From Octopus vulgaris (lineage: Eukaryota): a DNA stretch of 64,000 nt. The notes under the pieces are model-generated. The model was not told the DNA's origin. It did not search any database and saw only the letters and a list, made by a program, of their open reading frames with translations. This document shows positions 37,474 to 51,282 of the stretch, piece after piece. The stretch is taken from contig OX597815.1 in the NCBI GenBank assembly GCA_951406725.2, positions 207,142,001 through 207,206,000 of the forward strand, given 5' to 3'. The position numbers were made by a program, and so were the translations under genes. The stretch's first letter is position 1; the number at the start of each line of letters is the position of its first letter.

Positions 37474-37858
37474 TCTTTATATATAAAAGAGAGGTTGTGT
37501 GCTGTCTGTCTCCTACGATTTAGATTCCTAACTACTCCCACATTTTGCGGTGCAGTTTAACCAAAACCGGGTATCTTATAGTCGTGATTCATATCGAGCC
37601 CTTCTGGGTATTAGCGCGCGTCTACGATTAAAAAAAAAAATTACCATCAATTTTTCCCATTTTTAATGCATTTTTGGCATATATAAGGGAAGTAAGTCTC
37701 TAAAAATTTATTATTAAATCTCAGAACGTAAAAAGCTACAGTAACACCCCTCCTTTGTGGTTAGCCATATTGAGATGGCTATTATACTTTACATCTCTAA
37801 AAATGCTTATATAGTTATTTCCCTTACAAACCCGAGCAACGCCGGGCGATACTGCTAG
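37474..37858 (+). mobile_element. Non-autonomous Helitron
   Basis: 5' TC, 3' CTAG preceded by GC hairpin cccgagcaacgccggg, inserted between A and T, no TSD; second copy at 43638. Confidence 0.85.
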
Positions 37859-37899
37859 TATATATATATATATCAGTACATTTATTATTATCATTATTA

Positions 37900-38250
37900 A
37901 TATTAGTTGCGGAGACTGGAGAGAGTGAAATGGTGAAATGGCGTTCTTAGACCTTGCCGTACCATTAATACTCTACTTGAAACATCGTATTTAAACAGCC
38001 GTAGCAGAGGCATAAGTTGGATGAGTGTTACAAGGATCGACGGCGTTGAAGGAAAGAAAGCGGGTAGTAATTGGAGTGGGAGCCTGGATACAGTAAGCTT
38101 GAGGAAAAAAGGGAGACAGGAACGCGAAAATGGAAGTGGCAAAAGTTCAGCCAGCATTGATTAACGGTATTTACTGTAGTAACAGTAGGAAATTTGGTGG
38201 AAGAAGACTGCATGTGTATGCGCGCACAATCCGCAACATTTCCCAGAAAT
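37900..38250 (-). mobile_element. Degraded CR1/L2-group LINE 3' fragment
   Basis: Broken frames resembling F..YY...LA.LLP...SFFPST..L.N of L2/Crack ORF2 C-termini. Confidence 0.4.
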
Positions 38251-38320
38251 AGGAGCAATAGAACCTTGTAAGCCTCACATGAGGTTTGTGGCGTCTCAGT
38301 ATGTAAGACTTGATACAATT

Positions 38321-39183
38321 CAGTTGTTCTCAACCATCTTTTCCTAAGGACCATTATGATTTCTATTTCCATTGGTCGGACCCTCATAGCCATTCGATGA
38401 TGGAAAAGCCCCTAAAGGCGGCGAACTGTCAGACACGTTAGCGCGCCGGGCGAAATGCTTAGCGGTATTTCGTCTGTCGTTACGTTCTGAGTTCAAATTC
38501 CGCCGAGGTCAACTTTGTCTTTCATCCTTTCGGGGTCGATAAAGTACCAGTTTCGCACTGGGGGCGATATAATCGACTCAATCCCTTCGTCTGTCTTTGG
38601 TTGTCCCCTCTGTTTAGCACCTTCTGGGTAATAAAGAAATATAATTAAATATTATTAGAAATCGTATTAAAAATGGTTAAAATGTGTCATGCATTGTAAA
38701 AGTATAGGTATAAGAGTGGCTGTGTGGTAAGTAGCTTGCTTACCAACCATATAGTTCCGGGTTCAGTCCCACTGCGTGGCACCTTGGGCAAGTGTCTTCT
38801 ACTGTAGCCTCGGGCCGAATAAAGCCTTGTGAGTGGATTTGGTAGACGGAAACTGAAAGAAGTCCATCGTATATATGTGTATGTGTGTATATGTTTGTGT
38901 GTCTGTGTTTGTCCCTCTAGCATCGCTTGACAACCGATGCTGGTGTGTTTACGTCCCCGTCACTTAGCGGTTCGGCAAAAGAGACCGATAGAATAAGTGC
39001 TAGGCTTACAAGAAATAAGTCCCGGGGTCGATTTGCTCGACTAAAAGGCGGTGCTCCAGCATGGCCGCAGTAAAATGACTGAAACAAGTAAAAGAGTATA
39101 AGCAATTTAATGCTCACTAATTTTAACAGCAAAATCTTATAGGGACTCCCGAAAATCAGAAGGACTCCGGTTAAGAACCACCG
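38321..39183. mobile_element. hAT-Charlie element (same family as 23297-23980) with nested SINE A (38415-38641) and SINE B (38706-39097)
   Basis: Ends cagttgttctcaacc / ggttaagaaccaccg; shared gcaaaatctta..gac and gaccctcat segments; TSD not clean. Confidence 0.7.
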
Positions 39184-41139
39184 ATGTAGACAGAAATGAA
39201 TTCAAGTAAAAATGCACAACACATCCGGCTGCTTTAAAAAGATCATCATAGACAAAAAAATTATGTCAATCCCGTAACACACGCCCTAGATTCATTGATA
39301 TACAGGGTGGTCACGATTGGGAAATTTTTTTATTTGTGTGCTCTAGCTAACTAAAACGTAGTTCTAAATAATAAGAGAACATCTAAAAGATGACCAAAGA
39401 CAGCATGTGAGAGGTCAAACGAACTACAACAAACAACAACAGTAGCTATATCTCCCCTAAATCGTACACTTCGCAATCTTAAAACAATGAAGGATATGTT
39501 GAACAGCGCAAGATAGGATGCTCACAGCAAGGAATCATTTTGTCAAACGTTAGCAACACCAAACTTGACCCGGGGCTAAAGGGTAATAACTGGCCTACAT
39601 TCAGTGTAGTAAATGAATTTGCTAAGAGCAGCTGTCAAATTGCGCACAAATCACATCCTACCTCATTCAAAATAGAAAATATAGCTCTTAATTAAGTGAA
39701 ATAGGAACGGAAAGAATTCATTGTAACTATACTTAAGCTAGAAATATCAAACCAAATTTCTTTAAATGATATTAACACATTAAATCTCTATATATGAAAA
39801 TATATATTTGTGGTAGAGACGATATCTTTAAGATAGCATGTTGACACTAATACTGACAGACACGCACAGACACATTTATACATACATAAATACCCACATT
39901 GTATATAATATATGTATATAAGTGACCAAGATCAGCACAGTCTTTCTCAATGGGATTCCAGTCTGTCATAAGAGAATTCCTTTACTGCTGAGTGGGTTGG
40001 AGCAAGCAACGGGAAGAGAAATGGTTTTGACCAAGAAAAACAACGGACCGCTCAGTCTGGATATCGGAGGCACAATCTTGCGATATTAAGTGAAATACCC
40101 TAACCACTAGGCCAAGCAACTTCTCCTATGCATATTTAACGTGTGTGTGTGTGCATGTACGTGTACGCCCCTGTAACTTAACGTTTCGGCAAAGAAACCG
40201 ATTGAATAAGCACCAGACTTTTAAAAAAATAAGTACTGGAGCCGATCTGTTTCTATTAAAATCTTTACGCAATTAAAAGAACGTGTGTGTGTGTGTGCAT
40301 GTGTGTATATATGTATGCACACTCACACTCACACGCGCACACACACATACATACACACACACAATATATATATATGTATGTATGTATGTATAGGGAGAAT
40401 TCACAAAAAAACAAAAGTCGAAAACAGGTAGTGTAGACAACAAACAGATGTAATAGTTTAACGCTCGGAAAGCGAAAAAGTCTTTAACGTTTCGAGCCTA
40501 CGCTCTAGAAGGTGTAGAAAATCCAAGAAAAGTTCGTTGGGTTATGAGGTGGAGACAGGATCAGCGAGAGAAAGACCTTGATACGTTTTCTCTTCAGTAA
40601 CAAAGAAATAATGTTGTGTAAAGATTTCATGTTCTGTTCCTTCAAGATCATCATCTACGATAAAGTACAATCCTCATAGAGCTCTCCTCTATTTTATTGC
40701 ACTGTAGCGGCGTAAAGTTACGAAATAAAATATATAAAAATAAACACTAAAAAGTAAATGAAATTGCATTTACAATATACAAATTAATTCAATTCTAAAG
40801 CAGTATTTATACTCTTTTGTGTCCCATTTCTGCGATACGTTGTGCGCCAAATATTTTCATGTTGTTATACTACTCGCAGGTTGCGTTTCTGCTGTTTTCA
40901 ACATGGGAAACTGGGACAAATGAATAAAAAAATGTTTGCAAATTTAAACAAAGCCGTCGCGTGGTGAAATACTAAGTAGCGTAACTAATTCAAAACTTGC
41001 CGGCTTTTCAGTTTACTTTTGAGCTGAGTGGTGGCAGACGACGTCCTTTACAAGTTTCGCTTTGCAAATATTTATTCTTTGATGTGTATCTGTCGCTTAC
41101 TTTCAGCGGTTGTGCACACACGCACGCACAAACAATGTA

Positions 41140-42300
41140 ATCACAAATAGAAAAGAAAAAAAGCAGCTAAGAAAGTGTAACATTTGACACGAAATTGAAG
41201 ATTTACGGAAATTTAACGACTGATAATGAACTGCAGATATTGAGCAGATCTTCAGTCAGTAACTAACAATTATACGGACAATTCACAGCAGTAACGAAAA
41301 GTTAAAATCTGTGTGAGAAGTGTAGCACGTTCAGCTGCTATAGTATCAATTCGGAATAGAACCCTTACAAAGAACGTCATCGTAGCTTTCCTTGTTCGTT
41401 ACTTGCCATGAATATAAAATCTTTAAATGTACGAGTATTTATTTGATGATCCAAAGAAAGATATTATTGACGGCGGTGCATCAGCATGGCCGCAGCTCTG
41501 AGCTGAAACTAGAGAGAAAGAGAGGAGATACATATTGCAAAAAAATTCTTAGCATATACGATACAGGTCTACTTGGAAGCGAATACCAAAATGGACTCGT
41601 ATTACCAAAGACGAAAGAAACTCCAACAGAGTTTAAGGTTATTAAAGATCGTATGACTCTTGTATTTGGTTGTAATGCCTCAGGAAATTTAAAGGTCAAC
41701 TCACTGGTTGCTTACCATTGCAAGTCACAAATAGCAATGAAATCTCATGTTTATGGCGATCATATATACAGGCGTAATTCCACAGAAAAGTGCTTAACGA
41801 TTTGTTTATTTCGAGTATCTGCCCAGCTATAGAATGACAGAACTTGCCTGACTTCTTGTGAACAACGTTCTAAGTCATCGACTTAATTTGAATGATCTTT
41901 GAGATAATGTCTTCAAACCCAACCAATGTGATTCAAAGAATAGACCAGAGTGTAATCACTACATTCAAAACCTACTTTTTATTGCGTAGATTAAGTGATT
42001 ACATACTTAAATGGTTAAACTAACTGACCATAAAAGTATTTCTTTTTATGGTTATTGTATCACGAATTCTATTGAAAATTTGATAGATTTATAGTAAACA
42101 GTGAAAAAAGCTGTAATGACTGTTGGTACGAGTAAAACCTATCTAGACTACATTGCAACTTTTCAAGGGTTTAAGAAGCCAATGCAAAATGTTCAGAAGA
42201 AGATTTGTTACGCAGGCACACAAGTTTGGATTGGGCGAAATAAATAAACAAATCTCAAGTAGATTGTACAATATCGCGCTGATGACGGTGAAAATATAAT
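41140..42300 (+). pseudogene. Tigger/pogo-family DDE transposase fossil
   Basis: DTGLLG...KETPTEFKVIKDRMTLVFGCNASGNLKVNSLVAYHCKSQIAMK matches the pogo/Tigger DETGL..KDRLT..NA.G..KL.PL.IY motif; downstream IQRIDQSVITTFKTY resembles QP.DQGVI..FK; frameshifts and stops. Confidence 0.8.
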
Positions 42301-42409
42301 CCGCATGAATTTTAACAACCAGATTTCGTATCAGGCTTCCCAGGTTTTAGATGACGCAGAAAGATGCCCAGAAGCAACAAAGTAAATAATAGCTGGACAT
42401 AATTGCTAC

Positions 42410-42805
42410 AAGGCTCAGGAGTGGATATGTGGTAAGTAGCTTGCTTACCAACCACATGGTTCCGGGTTCAGTCCCACTGCGTGGCACCTTGGGCAAGTGT
42501 CTTCTCCAATAGCCTCGGGCCGACCAAAGCCTTGTGAGTGAATTTGGTAGACGGAAACTGAAAAAAGACCGTCGTATATATGTATATATATATATATGTC
42601 TGTGTGTGTGTGTGTTTGTCCCCCAAAATCGCTTGACAACCGATGCTGGTGTGCTTTCCCCCTGTAACTTAGCAGTTCCGCAAAAAGAGACCGATAGAAT
42701 GAGTACAAGGCTTCCAAAGAACAAGTCTTCATGTCAATTTGCTCGACTAAAGGCGGTACTCCAGCATAGCCACAGTCAAATGAATGAAACAAGTAAAAGA
42801 GTAAG
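42410..42805 (+). mobile_element. SINE family B
   Basis: Full-length copy. Confidence 0.92.
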
Positions 42806-42983
42806 GGATTACACTAACAGAAAAAAAAATCGAGACAACTAGCCTTAGGCCTGGCTTTTAAATAAATCCTTTTGCTATCAAATCGTTATATAACTAGCTT
42901 GTTTTCTTTTTCTTTATCTTTCTTAAATATATTCTTTTATTGTCTATTTAAGCCCTAGGACTCATAAAGTTACTTATATATAA

Positions 42984-43202
42984 ACGGGGTGTGGTGCAGA
43001 AAAGTTCCTGGCTTTAAGAGTATCGCGAAGGGCCTGGTTGGAGGCCCAAGCATCCGAGTTCTTTTACAGGGCTTAGAAAAACTGAAGGACTGCTGCAATA
43101 AGCGTGTGAATCTGGGAAGGGGATATGTTGAATAAAATCATAATTAACGAATCCTCCTATTTTTCTTAACCAAAGTCCCGAACTTTTCAGTACCGCGCTC
43201 GT
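42984..43202 (+). mobile_element. mariner-derived MITE
   Basis: TIR-like gtgcagaaaagttcctggctt / aagtcccgaacttttcagtac in TA context; internal QGLEKLKDCCNKRVNL..GYVE* resembles the mariner transposase C-terminus. Confidence 0.75.
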
Positions 43203-43233
43203 GTATATATATATATATAATACCCTGCTCGTG

Positions 43234-43298
<65 letters not shown>

Positions 43299-43637
43299 TA
43301 TATATATGTTTGAGAAACCGGATCTGGCTGGTCTTAACATTAAAAACAGGTAGTATATTTGGTAGGATATGCTCAATTTAAATACTAAAAGGTTTAGTCG
43401 GGTATGACATTTTAATATCGGCAAGGAGAGTAAACCTCCATTGATAAAGTTGCAAAAGCAACGAAAAGTTTGGAAGAAAAACTATAAATAATAAATGAGT
43501 GGAAATCGAACCGGCGCGTGTGCTAGATAATAAGGCATTAAGGCAATATGATTCTCCCCAGACATAAATATAAATATATTTTGTTTGTTATTCCTGCGCT
43601 GAATAGTACATTGATATATATACATTAATTTAATTAA

Positions 43638-44162
43638 TCTATATATATAAAACTGTAGTTGTGTGAGTGTCTGTCTCCTACGATTTAGATTCCTAATTAC
43701 TCCCACATTTTACGGTGCAGTTTAACCAAATTCGGGTATCTTATAGTCGTGATTCATATCGAGCCCGTCTGGGTATTAGTGCGCGTCTACAATGAGTCTA
43801 CAATTTTAAAAATAATTTAACATCATTTTTTATTCCATTTTAACGCATATTTTTTCGTGTGTCGATGGCGGCGGAGTTGGCGTCCATGGTCACACCTGCA
43901 CCTGTGTTGCTTCTCCCCCTTCTTCCCTCCCTCGTGAAGCTGTGGGGAAGGGAGTGTAAGGAAATCAACGTCGTAAAGCATTGTTAAGGAGACCAGCGTT
44001 CTTTTAGAACAACGACTTCATGGCTTGAAGACACCAAAATTACCATCATTTTTTATTCCATTTTTAATGCATTTTTTTGCTATTTTTTTGCTATAACTCA
44101 CTAAAAATGCTTATATAGTTATTTCCCTTACAAACCCAAGCAACGCCGGGCGATACTGCTAG
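43638..44162 (+). mobile_element. Non-autonomous Helitron (longer variant)
   Basis: 5' TC, 3' hairpin plus CTAG, A^T site; high similarity to 37474-37858 with a different internal segment. Confidence 0.85.
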
Positions 44163-44276
44163 TTTAATCTAATTCAATTCAGTCATAAATTTACATTATT
44201 TTTTTACCTCTGTACGAAACGATCGCCTGCATGGACTAAAATTCTCTTATATATTTTAACAACTTGTCTTCTCTAT

Positions 44277-44352
44277 TTTTATCTAAATTGATGAGTTTTA
44301 TGGGACTTCTTTCCATAAATTCACCACACATCGAAACGCGGAGTAGATAAAA
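44277..44352 (+). ncRNA. Degenerate type-I hammerhead-like motif (Penelope-type)
   Basis: Stem I TTTTATCTA/TAGATAAAA, TTGATGA-G core (C3->T), stem II TTTATGGGA/TTCCATAAA, C-GAAAC-GC-GGA. Confidence 0.45.
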
Positions 44353-44574
44353 CAGGAGATAACTGATATAGGGAATGTTCTTTATGTTACCTGTTTCGTT
44401 TCTCCATTTGTTTCTTTCGTTGTTCGAAAAAAAAGTTCGTTTTCTATGCTTTTTTTATGCTCTCCTTTCTCTTTTTGTTCACGATTTTATGCTCCGTACC
44501 CATATATGCATATATATATATATGAATGACGACGATATGAGTTTTCAGCTTTTATTGAACTACCGGTACAAGTG

Positions 44575-44800
44575 ATTTTTTCATAGTGATCAAATGTCCA
44601 TGTTACCCATTAGCTCATTCTCTCCATCAAATCGACGTTGCCTGAGCATGTGCACTGTGTGCCACGGCGGATGCGTGGAAGTGATCGCAGAGCAATGTGA
44701 GATGAAGTGTCTTACCGAAGAACACAGAGCACCACCCGTTCTAGGAATCGAAACCACGATCTCGCGATCGGGAATCCATGACCCTAATCGCTTGCTCATA
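44575..44800 (-). mobile_element. Degenerate tRNA-derived SINE
   Basis: ggtttcgattcc box B; similar to 24932-25232. Confidence 0.65.
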
Positions 44801-44922
44801 TACCCTCACTATATACATATATGTGTGTGTCTTTGTATATATATGTGTGTGTATATATATATACATACACACATACACTGTCTCTGTCTGTCTGTCTGCA
44901 TGTATCTCCCTCTCTCTCTCTT

Positions 44923-44964
<42 letters not shown>

Positions 44965-45579
44965 ACACATTCTCTTTTTATGTTGTCAGCAAAATGAATG
45001 GATTTTTGCAAGAGGTCTCACTGTGGGAATATATTTCCAAGTGTTGCATTGTATATGCGTGGCTGTGAGCTCTCGTGTGAGAGCGCATCCGAGTCTGTGT
45101 GTAGGTGTGTAGGTGTGTATGTATGTGTGTGTGTGTGTATGTGTGTGTGTTTGTGCCTTTGTACGTGTATGAGTGGTAGAGAAAGATGCTTTAGATAAGC
45201 GACATTTTTGTACGCGTGAGAACGTACGCGCATGTTTCTGTGCACGTCTGCGCCTTTAAGTGTTAATACGTGCTTAAGAAAAAGTGATAAGGTAACTTCC
45301 TTCCTCGTATGTATGTATTTATGTATGTATGTATGTATGTATACACATATATATAAATATATATAATGTGTGTACATATATGTGCACACACAGTTTGTAT
45401 GTATGTGTGTAGGCGTGCATGGGTGTATATGTGTGCGCATGTATGTATATATAAATGTATATAATGTGTGTACATATATGTACACACACAGTATGTATGT
45501 ATGTATGTATATATATATGTATTTAAAAAAATGATCTTTTAGTCTCAGCTCAAAGCTGTGGCCGTGCTGGGGCACCGAT

Positions 45580-46017
<438 letters not shown>

Positions 46018-46489
46018 CTGTCTTTCTGCGTGCGTGTGACGGAAACTGTGTGTACAAGGTTTTCAGTGTCCGATAATCTGCATATACAGCAAATATACGA
46101 ATGCGATACTAAAGGAGCGTATTTTGTCATAAATTAAGCTATAAATACTTAAATATGTAAATATATATATAAATAAATAAGTAAAAGTAATGAATAATTT
46201 CAAAAAGCAGAGTCATTTCCAGGAATTTTTGATAAAATTTTACAGGAAACCTCTTCGTCTATTTTTAGGGAGTGTCCCATTTATGAAAGAAACAGGAGAA
46301 TCCACTGTAATAGTGAAACTGATGTAAGCTTGTCAAGAGACACAGTTAAAAAGGAAATGCAGAGAGAGAGAGGGGGAGAGAGGGAGTAATGATTTGAACA
46401 TCTTGAGGCAAGGAAGGAATGTTATATAAGAGATATTAAGAAATGTAGAATATTGAAATGCAATTACACACACACACATAAGTATATTT

Positions 46490-46705
46490 TCTCTTTTATT
46501 TTCTCCTTTACTCTTTTACTTGTTTCAGTCATTTCACTGCGGCCATGCTGGAGCACCGCCTTTTTAGTCGAGCAAATCGACCCCAGCACTTATTCTTTGT
46601 AAGCCTAGTACTTATCCTATCGGTCTCCTTTGCCGAACCGCTAAGTAACGGGGACATAAACACGCCAGCATCGGTTGTCAAGCGATGTTGGGGAGACAAA
46701 CACGG

Positions 46706-46738
<33 letters not shown>

Positions 46739-46918
46739 CATATATATATATATACGACGGGCTTCTTTCAGTTTCCGTCTACCAAATCCACTCACAAGGC
46801 TTTGGTCGGCCCGAGGCTATAGTAGAAGACACTTGCCCAAGGTGCCACGCAGTGTGACTGAACCCGGAACTGTGTGGTTGGTAAGCAAGCTACTTACCAC
46901 ACAGCCACTCCTGCGCCT
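46490..46918 (-). mobile_element. SINE family B
   Basis: Full-length copy. Confidence 0.92.
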
Positions 46919-46951
46919 ATATGTATATGTTTGTATGTGTGCGTATTATGT

Positions 46952-47336
46952 GTGGAGGTGCAATGGCCTAGTGCTTAGGGCAGCGGACTCGCGGTCTTAA
47001 GATCGCGGTTTCGATCCCCAGACCGGGCGTCGTAAGTGTTTATTGAGCGAAAACACCTAAAGCTCCACGAGGCTCCGGCAGGGGATGGTGGTGATCCCTG
47101 CTGTACTCTTTCACCACAACTTTCTCTCACTCTTTCTTCCTGTTTCTGTTGTACCTGTATTTCAAAGGGCCAGTCTTGTCACACTCTGTGTCACGCTGAA
47201 TCTCCCCGAGAACTACGTTAAGGGTACACGTGTCTGTGGAATGCTCAGCCACTTGCACGTTAATTTCACGAGCAGGCCGTTCCGTTGATCGGATCGACTG
47301 GAACTCTCGACGTCGTAACCGACGGAGTGCCACCAT
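46952..47336 (+). mobile_element. SINE family C
   Basis: Full-length; TSD gtattatgt (46943-46951, 47337-47345). Confidence 0.92.
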
Positions 47337-47386
47337 GTATTATGTACATATACAACATACACGTCACACTCATGCATGTGTGTGTG

Positions 47387-47417
<31 letters not shown>

Positions 47418-47653
47418 ATTTCGGAGATGTAGTTGTCTGGTTCGTGATTTGATTTGAAACTAAAACAATGACAGCATGAAAAACACGTCAGCCGTTCAAA
47501 AAGGCATAAAAGGCTGTTAACTTCATTTAAAGCTTTCTTCTTTGATATAAAGATTTTTGCCACGCCAACTGCAACCTCATCACTGACATGGCTCCACTGT
47601 TAATGGATCAGGTCGCAATTTTTGCGTCGAAAATCATGAGTCGTTGCTTTTAG

Positions 47654-47739
<86 letters not shown>

Positions 47740-47797
47740 GTTTGTCTGTCCATCCGTCTGCCTGTCTGCTTGTCTGTCTGTCTGTCTATCTATCCAT

Positions 47798-48021
47798 CTC
47801 TTTACTCTTTACGCTTTTACTTGTTTCAGTCATTTGACTGTGGCCATGCTGGAGCACCGCCTTTTAGTCGAGCAAATCGACCCCAGGACTTATTCTTTGG
47901 AAGCTTAGTACTTATTCTATCGGTCTCTTTTGCCGAACCGTTAAGTTACGGGGATGCAAACACACCGGCATCGATTGTCAAGCGATGTTGGGGGGACAAA
48001 AACACACACATAAACGTATAC

Positions 48022-48070
<49 letters not shown>

Positions 48071-48113
48071 AAAATGTTTAACAATTTTTAATCGATATTA
48101 TCCTCATATATAA

Positions 48114-48154
<41 letters not shown>

Positions 48155-48225
48155 TACGACGAGCTTCTTTCAGTTTCCATGTGGTTCGTAAGCAAGCTAC
48201 TTACCACACAGCCACTCCTACGCCT
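47798..48225 (-). mobile_element. SINE family B with internal deletion and AT-rich insertion
   Basis: cagtttcc joined directly to catgtggtt. Confidence 0.85.
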
Positions 48226-48447
48226 ATCTATCTATCTATCTATGAGCCTGTCTCTATCTGTTTCACTCACGTGTATGCAAAAAGATGTACGCCTAGTACT
48301 GTTACGTTTTGAGCTCCTCGCCGATTATCATTGCCCAGTCTGCTTCCATCATGGCAGTAAAGTGCAACTACTACACTTAGTAGTATTACTAGTCGTCAAA
48401 TACAAAGCAAATGTAGAAATTACAATAAACTCAAGTTTATATAATTA

Positions 48448-48542
48448 GTTCCTACGTATGTTTCACCATTATGGTGTTTGGAACCCTGATTTTGACGTTC
48501 AAGTGCATCTGGATGTTTAAACAGAACGGATCGTCAGGGAAC
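48448..48542 (-). ncRNA. Type-I hammerhead-ribozyme-like motif with intact core nucleotides
   Basis: GTTCC-CTGACGA-[T-CCGTT...AATGG-T]-GAAAC-ATAC-GTA-GGAAC: 5-bp stem I, CUGANGA and GAAA boxes, GUA cleavage triplet; U-U mismatch at the base of stem II. Confidence 0.6.
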
Positions 48543-49299
48543 ATTTTATTGCTTAAAGTTTCAGAGAACTAATTATTCGTAGCAGTGAAACGTACGTAGA
48601 AGCTAATAATATAATATGTTTATCGTAAACAAGAGGCTAGAATTTCCCTCAAATTACGCAAGCGTTTGGCATAGCTTACATGTAACACTTTCTGTCATCC
48701 TTTCACTAGCTAGGAATTGGAACCACATCTCACTCAGATTATACCAGACCATCTTAAAATATGAATAGATATATTTGATAAGGTTGTCCTACATATTCCA
48801 CGCCAGTGAGAATGATAGGCTGATCGCAGCTGGAATGATTTTAAACATATGTCTGATCAAAGAAGGCTGGCCTTGAGTTGAACAACAATGACAGCTACAA
48901 TAACAATTAACCCCTGAAACTCAGAGGAGGAGGGGAAAAAATGAAGAAAAACTGAAAGAATGGTAGAATAGTAGAACAAAAAATGAAGAAAAACTAAAAC
49001 AGTTGTAGAATAGTAGGAAGGGGGAGAAAGTAATTCTGACAAGCGTAAAGGATAGAAAATAGAACCGAAAAGGGAATCAGGTGTGTGTGTGTGTGTGCGT
49101 GTGTGTGTGTGCGTGTGCGTTATGTTTTCCATACAAGAGACAGTGAATGCTCAAGTTCGAATCGATAAACTTTTTTTGTTTTCAATCTCGTATGTACATC
49201 CGTTTCATTTGTTCTTTACTTTTTATTTAATTTAAAAAAAAAAAGAGTATTACAATTTATTCGGAGATGCACTTTATTTAGTTACACCAGGCACAATAC

Positions 49300-50220
49300 A
49301 TCCAATATTGAAGTTAGGCAATTAGTTGCGAATTGGTTCCGATAGATGTTCAATGGCTGATGTTTTCATTGTTTGCAGTTCACAATTGTATCACAATTGA
49401 GATACAAAGTTATTTTGTAAGTTCCGGGAGGTGTTTGATATATTGGTCTCTAGTAACACCTTTTGAATGGCGAAATCTTCCTAGTTCTAATGCACAGACA
49501 TTTATCACATGATGGCATTAATGGTAATCATAAATATCGCAATACTGTCTTCCACTCTGAGATGATTTTCCCCCAGTCCAATAAAGCTTATGTTCAATGA
49601 GCAAACACTGTTCTTTGCGAAATCTTTTCAAGCTTCATGATAATAAATATTGCTCATGGATAGCACAGAAGGAAACTGTACAATATTTAAATGTGTTTTC
49701 TTGGTCAGAACCTTGTTTTGTTGCTACAATTACATGCAAAGCCGTTAAATAGAGAAGATCAAAACAGCATTTATAAGCAACTAGTTTGACCCGCTAACAT
49801 AATATATTGATATCATATATCAGGAATTCTGAGCACGTTGTGCCTTGTCAGCTAGAAATACTCGCACCAATGAATCGAACAAGAGACGATGGCTTTGTTA
49901 TACTTTCAGCGAATTGTTCGCTGATCCCGGAATCCCTTGTACTAATGAATCGAATGTATTATGAACAAATAAATCTCGTAAAGCAGTTGTTCTCCAGTGA
50001 CAAATGCAATAGCGATTGGCATATTTGCGTTCATATCTCCCAAAACATATTAAGAATAACCATGCTAGTTATCGTTTCGAATTTCGTTGCTTACCATCGG
50101 ATTGTAGATGTCAACAGAATCAGCGAAAAGTTTGTCGAAATTATAAAGAAATCCATCGTTTTTTGTTATATCCTGTATATCTTTCCGAAATCCAGTTGAA
50201 TTGTTCCATGAGCAAGTCGT
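49300..50220 (-). pseudogene. Probable degraded hAT (Charlie/SPIN-like) transposase
   Basis: Minus-strand fragments YIRFI..ISEQF, GTTCSE and FCAIHEQYL resemble hAT catalytic-domain motifs (VRY..EEFL, GTT.G, HC.IHQ.AL); many stops. Confidence 0.45.
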
Positions 50221-50224
50221 AGAC

Positions 50225-50535
50225 ACACTGGCTCTGTGGTAAGAAGTTTGCTTCCGAAACACACGATTCTAGGTTCTGACCCAATGCGTGGTATCTTCTA
50301 TTATAGTCCCGGGCCAACCAAAGCCTCGTGAGCAGGTATATGTATACGCGTGTGTGTTTGTGTTTCTCTTTGCACACCCACCCCTACCGCTTGGTTTGTT
50401 TAGGTTTCGGTAACCTAGCGATTCGGTAAAACGTAGCCAACTGAAAATAGTACTGGGGTGCTTTGTTCGACTAATTCTTTGAAGGTGGTACCCAGCATGA
50501 CTGCAGTTTAATGACTGAGACAAATAAAAGAAAAA
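50225..50535 (+). mobile_element. Degenerate SINE family B
   Basis: ggctctgtggtaagaagtttgctt head; atgactgagacaaataaaaga tail. Confidence 0.75.
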
Positions 50536-51282
50536 GATAATTCTGTGGCCAAATAAATCATAAGCGAACGTACTGAGTGTGTCTGTATGCTTTAAGTGGT
50601 TGTCTCGACACGTCCGTAATGTAAGTGTGTTTTAGTTACACAGAACAGCAGAAACTGTCACTTGCTTATAACGTACACCCCATAAATTCACGAAAAAATA
50701 GAATTTTGCTAAATCCCATTAACATAACACTAAGTACTACGTATTATTGACTGTTATGTAAAATTTTCGACTGTAAATTGCCAGAAAGCAATCTTGATGA
50801 TTTCATATAATGAGTTACTGACTTGGAAATACAGCCTTAAAAAATTCCATCATCGCTGCTCTCATCACCAGTGCAGTTTTACGCTGAATTGCATAAGGTA
50901 CAATTTCATCTGAAGAGCAGCAGTAGAACAACTGTGATCTCCTTGACAAGTGGAGTACTTAAAGATGATAGCGTAAGTAGGAATAAACAAAGCTTCTGTT
51001 TACAAGCAGTGTGTAGGTGTCGGTGGGTGGGTCGCAAAGTCACCCCCACTGCTTAAAGGCATCGGCAGGCGTATAGTTAAACAGACGTTTATCATGTCTA
51101 TCAAACAATTTTACTTGTATTCAACACCGTTTTATTTCTGGTATTCTCGAGCTCAAAACCCATAAATAAATGTTCTCTTTAATTTTCATTCAATTAGATA
51201 ACTATCACCACAAACCGTTCTCTCTCTTTCTACCCCACATATATATGTGTGTGTGTGTACATACACATATACTCTCTCTCCC

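Noticed and set aside
49807-50199. 130-aa plus-strand ORF
   Set aside because: No recognisable domain; the opposite strand shows broken hAT transposase motifs.
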